Shown: positions 1 through 11,843 of the stretch, one piece after another | How the letters are laid out: each line of letters starts with the position of its first letter | Numbering within the stretch: the stretch's first letter is position 1 | Assembly (NCBI GenBank): GCA_016748015.1 | Contig: JAAOMT010000082.1 | Location: 48,857 to 112,856, forward strand | Direction of reading: 5' to 3' | Source of the DNA: Geosiphon pyriformis uo1 | Lineage: Eukaryota > Fungi > Glomeromycota | Length of the DNA: 64,000 nucleotides | The notes under the pieces: model-generated | Told to the model about the DNA's origin: nothing | The model's database searches: none | The model's input: only the letters and a program-made list of their open reading frames with translations | Made by a program: the position numbers and the translations under genes

Positions 1-160
1 ATAGAAAGAAATAGGCGTTATACACCAAATATTCTCTTAAATATGGACATTCCTTCCATAAAACGCATGTAATTACAAAATGAATGAATAGTTATGGATG
101 GAAAACTGATTTACAAATTTGTTAAGCTCTACTCTATGTCTCAAGTTACAAAGTCATTAC

Positions 161-449
161 CTGTCTTATTAGTTTCTATAAAGTGATCTTGTAATTTTTC
201 AATCTGCAACTCCCATCTATCTTTACTCTTTTTTAGCTCTTTCACTTCTTCTTGCAACTCTTCCTTTTCTTCTATCCACTTCTTCCTTTGCTTTTCGTCT
301 ACATCCTCCTTCTCTCTCAGATTCTTCTTCAACTCTTCTAATCTATATAGCTTCTCACCCTCCATAAACTTCTCTAACTTCTCCAAGCATTTCTCATAAT
401 GGGTTGTAGCCACCTCTAATTGATGTTTAATATCTTCAACAGCAGACAT
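161..449 (-). CDS. Probable first exon of a host gene with an N-terminal Glu/Lys-rich coiled coil; gene likely continues leftwards after an intron
   Basis: Intact ATG-initiated ORF 141..449 with no decay stops and heptad-like E/K/L pattern. Canonical donor ACAG|GTAATG on the minus strand at 161/160, just before the in-frame stop. Confidence 0.6.
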
Positions 450-1149
450 GGTGTTTTGCGTGTTTGTTATGGTTTGAGAAGATATGGCCTAATATATGTT
501 TGGTTCGTGTCAATGACGTTTCAGATATTTGATTTATCAGTATAAATTTATTATTTAGGTAACAAACCCACCTTTGTTAAATTACTAGAGTTTTTACTCT
601 ATAATATAATTGTTTTTTTAATAATTATTGTATTATGCAATATTCATTAAATTAAAATTCGTTTTATTATTTTAAAATAAAAATAATTATAAGTTTTAAA
701 TTTAGAAAAAATTAAACCAGTATTAATATATTTTTATTATTATTTTGCATATATATATGTAACTTTATATTAATTTTAAACTTTTTAAATAAGTTTATAT
801 ATTTAATTAAAACTTAAAATATGTAACAAAAATATTACTTGCACATTTTTTATATATAATCAATAATTTAAACTTATATTAAGCTATATAAATTAAAAAA
901 ACTATTTGTTTTTATTTTATTTATGTTTTTAGCAACTTTTATTTAAATATTAATTTAATTTTTATTTTAAACATTATATATTTAAGTTTTAATACTTTAT
1001 TATTACTTTTATATTAATATTTTATATTTTTACAAAATTATTAATTAATTATTTTTATTTTTATTAAATAAATTTATTATTTTTTATTATTTAAAAAACA
1101 TATATTATAGTTTTTATAAATTTTTAAACAATAAAACAATAATATTAAT

Positions 1150-2192
1150 AAAATTTTTAATTTAAAAAAATTTTTAATATTTAATTTCAAATAAAACTAT
1201 TTTTAAAAAAGTAAAAAAACAGTTTTTAAAAAAAAATTCTGTTTTTGTTATATTTTTATTACTATTTTACAAGATAATAATTTTTTTGACTTAAATTTAA
1301 TAGCTATTATTAATAATACAATGATTAAAAAAAGTCAATAAATAGAACTATTTATAGTTTTATAAATAATATTTTTACACAAAAATTTAAAGTTTTGGTT
1401 AAAAATATTAAAAACTTAGATAATAAAATAAAATAAATTTTAAAAAAAATTTTGGATAATATTTGTATTAAACAATTTAAAAACTATTTTGCAAAAAAGA
1501 TAAAATTTTTTTAAATATTAATATTAATTAAAAAACAAATAATAAAAATAAAACTTTTTTATACTTTTAATCAAATATTTTAAATCTAAAAAAATAAATA
1601 CAAATAAAATAATAGTTTTTTTATTTTATATTTTATTGCTTTAAATTTTAAATATTAATTTGTTAATAATTGTTAAAAAATTATTTTTTATAATAAATAA
1701 TTTTAAAAAATTATTAGATTTATATTATCTTTAAAAATAAAAAATCTAAATAAACAATAATCTTGAAAAACAAAAAATATGTTTAAATTAAGTTATAATT
1801 TTCAAAAAAAAATTCATAAATATTTTTAAAAAAATAATTATTTTAGTTTTATTTAAATTTAATAAAATTATATTAATCTAATAATAACTCATTAGATTAT
1901 AATAAAATAAAATTTGTTAAATTTAATTATATTAATTTATTGGCTTTAAAATATTTTTTTAATTAATAAAAATTTTATATATATAATTAAGACTAATAAA
2001 ATTAGACAATATAAAAACAAAAAAATAAATTTAAAATTATATTATTTATTTTGTTAATATATATTATTGTTTATAATAATCTTTTAAATAAATCTAAAAA
2101 AATTTACATTATAAATTATATATATTATTATAAAATATAATATATAATTATTTATATTAAGAATAAAAAAATTTGAATTAAATTTATTATAT
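1150..2192 (+). pseudogene. Extremely AT-decayed 'ghost' LINE 5' end/ORF1 (part 1)
   Basis: Residual translations: KVLVKNIKNLDNK at ~1390 (cf. ISVSNIKHSDNEK and LKNVKHSDNKK in other ORF1s) and FNKIILI***LIRL**N at ~1860 (cf. FDKIVSIRMQLIGLWQK). Differences are mostly G>A/C>T. Confidence 0.55.
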
Positions 2193-2322
2193 ATTTTTTT
2201 TTATGTTTAATGAGTGAAGTCCAAACACTATCTAATACAATACATCATACATATAATCTAAATTAGGTACAAATCATGCTTTTGCTACACGTGACTAGCC
2301 ATTCGGACCAAACAGAATGACA

Positions 2323-5300
2323 CTAAGCACTTATCAGAACAGAAACCATGTTACTGATACTTGAAAAGAACAAGCAAGAACTACGAAACTTGAAGCTGAT
2401 ACCAAGTGCATCAGTGATACCTAACAACTTAACGACACCAGCCGAAAGTCACGCAGACAAACCAGAAACAGATATAGGAATAGAGCCATCATGTAGAATC
2501 AGACCATTCTTTTCCATAACAGTCTGGTGTTTTGCATGGACCAACCAAACATTATCCTGAAATACAAGACAAAACTCGTGGACAAAGATCACAATATTGG
2601 AAGCTGCCACCTCAGGATCCTTGTAAACAGAGACAACTTTGTGATATCAATCACTGAAAACAAAGTCTTTACACAGAACTGTACTAACTGTAACATCAGA
2701 AATGCAAGTTGACAATAATTACAATACATATGAAGAAGAACAAGACAAGCCAGAACGCATTTCCCAGGCAGCTGCGTAGATATCCAACAAACAAACATGA
2801 CAAACAGCATCAGAAGAACAGGAAAAGACATGGTCTGAAACCTTAACATTGCCACAAAACAAACAAATCACACTGGAATAATATCTATTATATAAGTGCT
2901 TATGCACAGCCACAGGGAGTCGATGATAGAAGGCTTTTATGAAGTACATCCGAAAGCCAGCCATCTGCATACTAATAAAACCAGCAGCTATGTAAGAATC
3001 TGGGTGCCATACCAAAGAAGACCGAAGCCAATTAATATTATCACGCAAACTATTTACCATGATTCTGGAACCTGTTTCCACCTCTCAATGTGCATGATGA
3101 ATAGACTGATAAACTCCACAAACAAAATGTCTCAAATTACCAGAAATAACACCACCACCAGCCCTCAAAAAACACTCACTAATCACATGGAGTAATCACC
3201 AAGAAGAAAAAGTAGCATCCTTAGCAAGTGCATCTGCATGCTTATTGCCAGAGACATTCGAATGCCTCTTAACTTTTACCCAATTTACATTCAAATTCTT
3301 GTGACAAATAATATTAGCAATGTGGTGACACTCAATCCAACACCAATTCCTGAAATCCAGATGGACCAACAAAAACTCAGATTTGCATGCATCCAAAGCA
3401 GCTTGACTGTTAGAAAACAAGTCAACTGAATGAAAAGCAGGAACACACTCAAGAGCTAAAGCAATGGCCTGCAACTCAGCCAAAGTAAAAGAAACCAAAC
3501 CAGAAACCCTTACACCCAGACCTGAATTAATGTCCTCAAAAAAAACTGCAGCACCAGCCAACATGTCAACAGCACCCAAGTTACTTAAAGATCCATTCAT
3601 GTACACAAATAGACAGGTGGCACCAATATTCAACAGATTATTACAAATAGCACCAAAACCAAGAGACTGACAAATGTCAGAAGGGCCACAAACATCCTCA
3701 TGAGGAGCACAACCAGAAGCAGAAGAAAAAGAAGCAATGTCACCAAGAAAACGAACAGAGAAATCAAACCAGAAGGGAACCGAGCCATGGGGATCCAGTC
3801 TTTTCCAACACTTAAAAGTCTTTTAATCAAAAACAATGCCATTCTGGTCACAAAGCTGTTTCATGAAAGCAATATCATAACGCCTAAGAGAAGAAACACA
3901 TTTGTAGAAAACCACCTCGCCAAGAACTAGAGACATAGGAATACCACTCCGAAGACAAAAAGCACTGTCCAGGGAGCCACTCAGAGATAAATCACATTCA
4001 GAAAAAATACAAATCACACCTGCCAAAAAGTTGTTTGAAGGGCTGACTCTAACATGAACAGGAAACAACAAAGGGTGACAAGGATGCCAGCTGAGAACCT
4101 AAAGATCGTGAAACCTATGAGAAAACAAGTGACCCAAAACACCAAACAAATTCGCAAAAGTGATGACAGAAGCCGACTTGCTTTCAATCTGAATCTGCTC
4201 AAAAGTCTTTAAATTGTACAAGGAAGGATGATGAAGTGCATTATTGGGAAAGTCCAGAGGCAGCCCAGATTTAGATTTCAGGTCTTTGCAAATCAAAGTG
4301 TCCCATTTATTACACACACTAAGAGGAATATAACTGAACTGAGTTCTGTAGCTGATGATAGAAAAGAGAACTGAAGATACCAAATAAGCAAATTGTTTAT
4401 CTAAAACAACTTTTTTTAGAATGAGATTGGTGAAAAACCAAACATCTGAATGCACCTTAACCAAGCTGGGCTTCAAAAGACTTTTAAAAGATAAAAAAAT
4501 CCTTAGATAGTAATGAGGCTCACCCCTTTTGGCAATGGAGATCGGCAGACCACTGATGGTCAAATAAGGAGCAGTGACTTGACAGTTAATGGAAATGACC
4601 ACAGTCTTGTCATTGTTTATCAAAATGTTATTTAAACGAAAGAAATTGCTAGCAACATTGAGGATGTGTTGTGTAGCAGTCTGGCTGTTACTGACCCAGA
4701 TAGTATCATCAACAAAAGCACTAACGGCCAGAAATGACGTCAGCCCAGCCTAAAATTCCACCTGGTCAGTCTTAGAAACAAAATAAGAAATCAACCTGTA
4801 ACCACAAATGCTCTTCTGTCTCTTAACCTTACACAAGAGCAGGTTATAAAATATGCACCAAAGAAGTGGCAAAAAAATCTCCCCCTGATTCAAACCATTG
4901 TGAACATAATATCTATCAGTCAAATCAAAATCTGTCATTACTCTGTTTGTGTGACCATTATGAATACAACCAAAAAATCAGATAAATTTGTTACATATTT
5001 TGATTCTGATCAAACTCCTCCTGAGATGCTCCCAACCCACAGAATCATATGCTTTACACATATTCTGTAAAACTAGCCACAACTCTTGGTTCTTTTCCAA
5101 AGCATCTTCAATTACCAAACCAATAGTGAAGATAGGTGATTGTGTAGACATATCTTTTAGGACAGAGAAATTGTCCTCACAGAGGACATCAAAAGTGCTA
5201 CAAGCCAAAGAGATTTGGTCTGAAAGGATCTTGGAAAGAACCTTGTGAGCTGTCTTAATCAAAGCAATGGGACAGGTATTTATAAGAATCCTCTCTCACT

Positions 5301-7019
5301 CGTAAGGTTTAGGAATCATCGAGATCCATGCTTTTCTCCAAGGTTCAGGCACTGACTCACAATTCAAACAAAAATTCAAGAGCACCAAAAGCATATCCAA
5401 GACTGACTTGTCACAGCGTTTCCAAAGTTCATTAGTGATACCAGAAAGACCAGCTGCTTTCCCATTAGGCAAATTTGAAACAACATCAAACATCTCATTA
5501 AAACTGATTGAATGCATCACATTAGAGAAAACATCATCGAAAACATAATCCAAAGGCTAAAATTGCCTTGCCCAGTCATTAAAGATATCAGAAGCCACCA
5601 CACACTTCCTGGTCCAACCCTTCATGATTTTATCCACCTTAGATTTAACCAACTCAGGCTCCAAAACCAACTCCCCATTATCCACCAAATGATCCAACAC
5701 CATTTTACTAAAAGAATGCTCCAAAACACTCCTAATGATATGACCCTTATCCACCTCAAAACTCTCTATCTTCCTTTCAATAGCCTGCCTCATATGAGAT
5801 TTTTTAGCACACTTAGATTCCAAAGACTTAGAAGAGCAGTAAGACTTTTTTGCCTTAGCCAGCCTAGAATGGATCGCATTAAAACTGGAGCCAGAAAGAA
5901 ACAGAGATCTTACTGGCAAAGCGTCCACAGAATCAAGTCTGTTCCGAGTATTCAACAACAAAACAAAATCCCCACCAGAAACCAACCGAGAAGCCTTCAC
6001 CAGTTTAGACACCAATAGCTTCAGTTTATGAAACCGCAAAGACATCTTATTAAAAACACAATCGAAACCCTTAAACCATTTTTTCTTGAATGTTCCACCA
6101 GCTAAAAGAACCATAATTTTACAAACAATGTTCCACATTGCATCCAGATCAGAAACCACTTAGCTGTAACAAACTCATTTGAGAACATAACAGCATTAGC
6201 AGCCATAGCATCTTTAAACTCAGACTACTTAACCTCATTGGCATTTTTGATATCATACTTCCAACAATCTCTATTTGCTTGTTTGCGCAATAAGTTCAAC
6301 TTGACATTAAGCAGACCTCCCAGTTCCACAAAAACAGACACAGCCTTATGATTAGTATCAAAATAGTTATCAATGCCATCCACACTATGATCTACCACCA
6401 CACCAACCAAATTAGAAGAAATGAGCACATAGTCAATCATTTTAGTGATGCCACGAGAATTGTACCAAGTAGGTGACTTTATAAAGGAGCTCCCCCCTAG
6501 AAAGTTAATTAAACCCAAATCAAAACATTTTTTGAAACTTGCACATTTGTGAGAACCATTCTCATTAAAATCACCACCAAAAACAACAAAGAAAGACTCA
6601 TTCACAGTTTTAGCAATAAGAGAGTTAACCTCGCCAGCCTGAGAAAAACAAACTGCCAAAGATGCACCAGCATACAGCCCCAGAATAGACACAAAGAGTT
6701 TGTTTTTAAAAAGCAATCTAACCAACAGAAGCCGACCAGGCACCTCTGAAACTTTACACACATGTTTCACCAAAGAAGAGTCCAAAATGATTGCAACACC
6801 AGATCTTATGTGACCAGAATCAAGTTCAGAAGTAAAAACATGAACACCATCAAACTTATCAGTGATCCAAGGGCAAATCTTTCCCTTCAACTTTGTTTTA
6901 GTGACAATAGAAACCATATTGTTTATATCTTTATGCCAACAAACAATGTCTGCCTGCTTTGCACAATTGCTCATATCTCTGACATTGCATGTGACAATCT
7001 TCCAAATTAAGTAAGTTAT
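2323..7019 (-). pseudogene. pol: LINE A ORF2: AP endonuclease, reverse transcriptase, RNase H, C-terminal Zn finger (many stops)
   Basis: WKIVTCNVR, GGDFNE, IDYVLIS..DTNH (APE); IPKPYE, KAYDSV, GLNQGE, AFVDDTIW (RT); VYMNGS, AELQAI, VKRHSNVSGNKHADALA (RNase H); CLFCGNVKVSDHVFSC. Confidence 0.92.
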
Positions 7020-8957
7020 TGAAATAACATGGGAGCTGACAGACCCAAACCAGAGCACAGAAGATTCAACTTATCCAAAACTGAACCAACTGAAGCCTCC
7101 AAAGTGACCAATTTTGTCTCCAAACTGCCCACTTTGGCAGTAAGAACCTTGGAACTACTAGTGCTGAAGTCAACAACAGCATCAATAGTGATGAGGGGAG
7201 TAACATCAGAAAAATTCAAAGCATTGTCCACAATTATATCTGAATTTACCTTAGAACTTAAAGCTGCAGAAACAACAGAAGAGGGGGCCAGAAAAGAAGG
7301 AACCAAAGGAACCATACCAAAGAAATCCAACCTAACCAGGATGCCAGAAACATGGTCAGCCAAAAGCTCCAAAGAGTATTTCAAAACCGCTAAACAATTA
7401 CTCAAATGGGAAACAACAAGATAATCAGAGACTGCTGAAGGAGAAACCATACCATAACACAAATCAGAACCAGAAAAACCAAAAAGAGACACATGGGGAG
7501 AGATGCCACTAGCAACTTGGGCCCATGTTTTGCTGCCAAATGAAACTGAACAAGCAATAGGAGCCAACTTCTTCTTATATATACCAGTCAGACAAACCCA
7601 ATCCTGATCAGAAACTACCCTCTTCCCACAAACACCAGAACTTCCACCCACAGGACAGTTGATAGTGGTATGACTGAACTGTTCACACTTGGTACAGTTA
7701 GCCAAAACAAGACTAGCCCAATGCAAACTAACACCCTTGAAAATTGGAATGGTACTAACAGCAGCCAATTTGGCATCCTTATTCTTAAAACAAATGATTG
7801 CATATTAATCATAGACATATGAACCAGGATTGTGGCCAATGAAACAAGTTTTCTTATCATATAATACCAACAAATCTGACAGATCATGGGCTAAAATACC
7901 AACTGGAAGAGTATAGAGCAAAGCCTGATGACAATCTCTTGACACCCACATTTGTTTATCATTAACAGCTAGCGCTACACAAACCAAATCTTTTTCTACA
8001 AGAACAGACCACTTAGAAGTGACTAAACCAGCAACTTCTGATGATTCAAATTCAATTAGAGCCTTTTGCCAAAGACCAATCAATTGCATCCTAATGGAAA
8101 CAATCTTGTCAAATTTAGAAAAAACTGATTCCATAGCCAACTTTGGAAGATCAACTGGGATTTCCTTAACAATCACTTCCCAATTTGAATGAATGTTTGT
8201 TTTTTTGAGATTACTATTGACAACAATTTTCTCATGGACTGCCATTTCTCTGGCCTTAATCAAACTAGACTCACTTGTGAAAGTTGAACGAATCATACCA
8301 GGAAATTTTGAGGGAGTTGAAGCTCTCCCAAACCATCAATTTTGTAAAAAATTTTTTGATTGAAATGAGCTTATCACTATTAGTCCTGCCAAGAACAGCT
8401 GACAAATTCACATCCAGAGCAAATGATTTCACTGGCTTGAAACTACAACTCTCGAGAACACGTGATTTAGAAGAGAGCAGCTGATTGGACCCACTGATTT
8501 TAGGAGGCAGCAACACAGGATCATCATCATTATTATTCATAGTAGCAAATAGAGGCACCTTAAGAGATTGTTCTAACACATACGTCCAAATGTGAGTCTT
8601 TCGTGACATAGTCTCATCTATTTTGTCATCCTCACTTGAATCAATATAGCTTGTCTCCTCGGCAACCAAGTTTTCCAAGTTCTCAACATTCAAAAGATCA
8701 CTCACACTGCTAGAAACGCTACCCATTCTGCTACCCCAGAATGCTGCCAGCTTACCATTGACACCACCCAAATCTTCCAAATGTAGAGGACCAGCGGACA
8801 ACTCAACCAAAACACCAGCTGCAGGCTTTTTAGGTTTCTTGTAAGACACACCATAGGAGTAGACTGTATCAACATGCATGTTTTTGGCACTCTGGCAGGT
8901 CTCCAAACCAGCCGTATTTAAGCCAGAACCACCAGCAGACAAGCCCACCAGTTCCAT
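7016..8957 (-). pseudogene. LINE A ORF1 (RRM-like repeats, CCHC knuckle, coiled coil)
   Basis: VIVKEIPVDL..FSKFDKIVSIRMQLIGLWQKALIEF (RRM-like), CTKCEQFSHTTINC (CX2CX4HX4C), C-terminal LETKLVTLEASV heptads. Confidence 0.85.
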
Positions 8958-9095
8958 CACAACAAATAAAAGTAAGTTAGAAGAAATATTTAACAAGAAT
9001 TGAGGGGAGAAGGAAAAGGAAAAGCAATTTCTTCAAAATTATCTTTCACTTTCATTGTGGTCAAGGGATTGATGAGAGAAAAATAAATATCTAAT

Positions 9096-9590
9096 TTTAT
9101 TATATTATTTGTGTTTTTAGTAAAAATTATAAATATTTTAAATATTTTAAATTAAAATATAAGATTTTTTAATAAATTCTAAAAATATATGTTTTTTTAA
9201 ATTAATTAGTCTTATTTTGTTAATTTTTATGTTAAAAAAAATGTTTTATTTTTTATATAATCATTTATAATAGTAAATTATAAATTTAAATAGTTGTTTT
9301 TGGCCAAATATTTGGTTAAAATATATTTTATTTAAATATATGTACAAGATTTTAAAAATAAATTAATAATTATTATTATTTAAATTGTCTTTTAAATATA
9401 TTTAATTTGCTATTGTTTTAAGATTAAATATTAATATTTTTTTAAATATATAATTGGCTTAGATAAATAAAATTAATTTATAATCAAAACTGTAAATAAA
9501 TTTTTTTTGTTATTTTAGATAATAATTTTAATAAAAATAAATTTAAAAAAATATTAGTTTTAAAAAATATTTTAATTTAAATTTGATTAA
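9096..9590 (+). pseudogene. Ghost LINE ORF1 (part 2, continues 1150-2192 after the LINE A insertion)
   Basis: Residual FVNFYVKKNVL..YNSKL*I*IV, matching the ORF1 motif LANLYAKKNVP..FGGKSWAQVV. Confidence 0.45.
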
Positions 9591-11843
9591 TTTTTTTTTA
9601 TTAAATTTAATAAGCAAAATCTAATCACTATTTAAAAATTAAGAACAAACTAAATGTTCTAGTGTTAAATATAGTTTATGTACTTTTTATATGTAATTAG
9701 CTACTTAAGCCAATTCAAACTATGCTATATTAATATAACAAAAAAAAATTTATTCAAAGACAATATTTTCTAAATAACTTTAAACAAAATAATACCATAA
9801 CAAACCAATTTAATCAGCCATTTGGCTGTCTTTAAAGAGTCAGTTTTAATACTAATAGGCTCATATGCTTAAAAAAACATCAAGTTAAAAAACATATTAT
9901 TATTTATGTCAATTAAACACTTTAAATTATCAGACATATCAATATTATTCATGCAATACTCTTTTTTCAAAGAAATCATTTTTCTTTTTAACTTATCAAT
10001 AATCTTGTTAAAAAAACTCAGATGAATTATAAACTTATTAATTTTTAAACTAAGAACACTGCTAAAAGTAATATTGTTTTTAATAAAATATTCAAATACA
10101 GTAACTAATGTACCAATAAGTTTAACAATTAATTTAACCAAAGCTAACAACTTAACCAAATCAGATTCCAAAAATATCAGTCAAAAAAAAAACAGAAGAT
10201 TAACAACAATTACAGAAGAAAAAGCAGAAGCTGCCAAAAAAAATTCAAAAAAATTTGAATAAACAAAGATCTTAGCATAAAAAACATTATTCATAAAACA
10301 TAATTTGAATATCTTAGAAGCCATAAAAAGGAAAAGTAAGAAAACAGTATAGTTTGCAGCCAGATGGCCTATCTTTTGGCATTTAAAGCCGCATTGACAA
10401 CTAGGGGTTTTTTTACCAAATACAGTATTTTTTTAATGTACCAGTCTTGACAATTGCAGAATTCAAATTAACTTAAAAGCCAAATATAATCAGAGCAAAC
10501 TGAAAATAACAACCAGAATCAAGTGAATAAAAAATAAAACAAGTTTGACTACCAACTAAAAAATCATATTATTAATCTCAAAAGCAGTACAGCCAGAAAG
10601 AAGATTGACCAACTTAATTTTAAACTTATTATGAAACAGAATGATCTCTTTTTGATTTATAAAAAAAAAAATTCAAATACTATTTTTGTCTACCAATATT
10701 AACTAATAATTGAGAATAGATGTAACAGTTTTTAATTTATTAAAGTAAACAACCACATATTGCCAAATACCAATAAGATTTCATTAAAAACACCAAAAGC
10801 TGATTTAATATTGGCAGCAGACATATTCAAAAACACATTATATAGTACAATAATAGCAGAAAAGAAACCAGACTCAGAAACTACCAAAGACTTGACAATA
10901 TTAAAAATAGCAAAACAAACAAAACTTATAAGTTTAACCAGAAATACAGCATCCAAAGAACTTTGAGAAGCAAATTCTATACAGAAAAGCTTTATATTGT
11001 CTTTTGTTATTAACTTTGCATCCAAAAAACCATATACAAACCAAAAAACAGCCTTAATATAAACTAATTTAATCTTGAAAATATTACTAAGTACTAAAGT
11101 AAAGGCCATCCACTCATTAAACTTTTGACAACTAATAATAATTTTCTAAGTATTATTAGTAATAGCACTAAAAATCAGAGGAAATAATTCAATTTTTATT
11201 TGATTAGCCCAGTTCTTAAAAACAGATAACCCAATAGGAAATAATTATTTTACTTTTAGAACTGTCAAGAATTTGTCAGAAGACATTACATTAACAACAC
11301 AGCCAATAATTGATTTTAGTCTATCTTAGATAACATGCTAGATAATATAGTAGAGATTTTACTTAAAATCTTAGTTGAAATTACAAAAAGATTTAGTATA
11401 ACAATAGCAAAAGCAAACAATTGTTCCTATTTTTTTAAGACATTAGTCTTTTGACTATTTTGTTTGAAAAAGTAATGCTAACAGCACCAGATATAAAAGC
11501 AATAATAAGGAAGACTAGTTTGTTAACTAGTCTGTTATTAAAAATCTTTGGGCTCTTGAAAAAGGTAAAGACAATACTAGAATTAACTCAAATGTATTTT
11601 TTTGAAGAAACTTTGATTAGTAAAAAACCAGCCAAAGATAAAAAAAATGTTTTAGCAGTCATTAAAGCAGTTTTTTATTATTAATATTTAAAGAAAATAT
11701 AGTCAAGATATTATGTTTAATTGTTTTAAAAGCAAAAAGATTTTTTCACATTAAAACTTTATTAGTTACTATAGAAAAAGTAATAATTATAGCCTTTTTA
11801 CTTTTTGCTCTAATTGTGGTTATAAAATTAAAAAAACAAAAAG
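9591..11843 (-). mobile_element. ORF1-only non-autonomous non-LTR element (Half-LINE-like), copy 1
   Basis: Single decayed ~700-codon ORF (9725-11823) colinear with copies 2 and 3; knuckle remnant FKCQKIGHLAAN; LINE-type 3' UTR and poly(A) at ~9591-9720; no EN or RT motifs. Confidence 0.85.

Larger units (their letters stand above)
2193..9095 (-). mobile_element. LINE copy A, full-length, decayed non-LTR retrotransposon (APE-RT-RNase H)
   Basis: ORF1 and ORF2 fragments in order, conserved 3' UTR and poly(A) (T-run at ~2194-2202). Possible 10-bp TSD TTTATTATAT at 2183-2192 and 9096-9105 (AT-only, weak). Confidence 0.93.

Noticed and set aside
2348-8484. Numerous 60-170 aa plus-strand ORFs over LINE A, and antisense ORFs over other elements
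   Set aside because: Antisense shadows of TE coding frames with no domain motifs.
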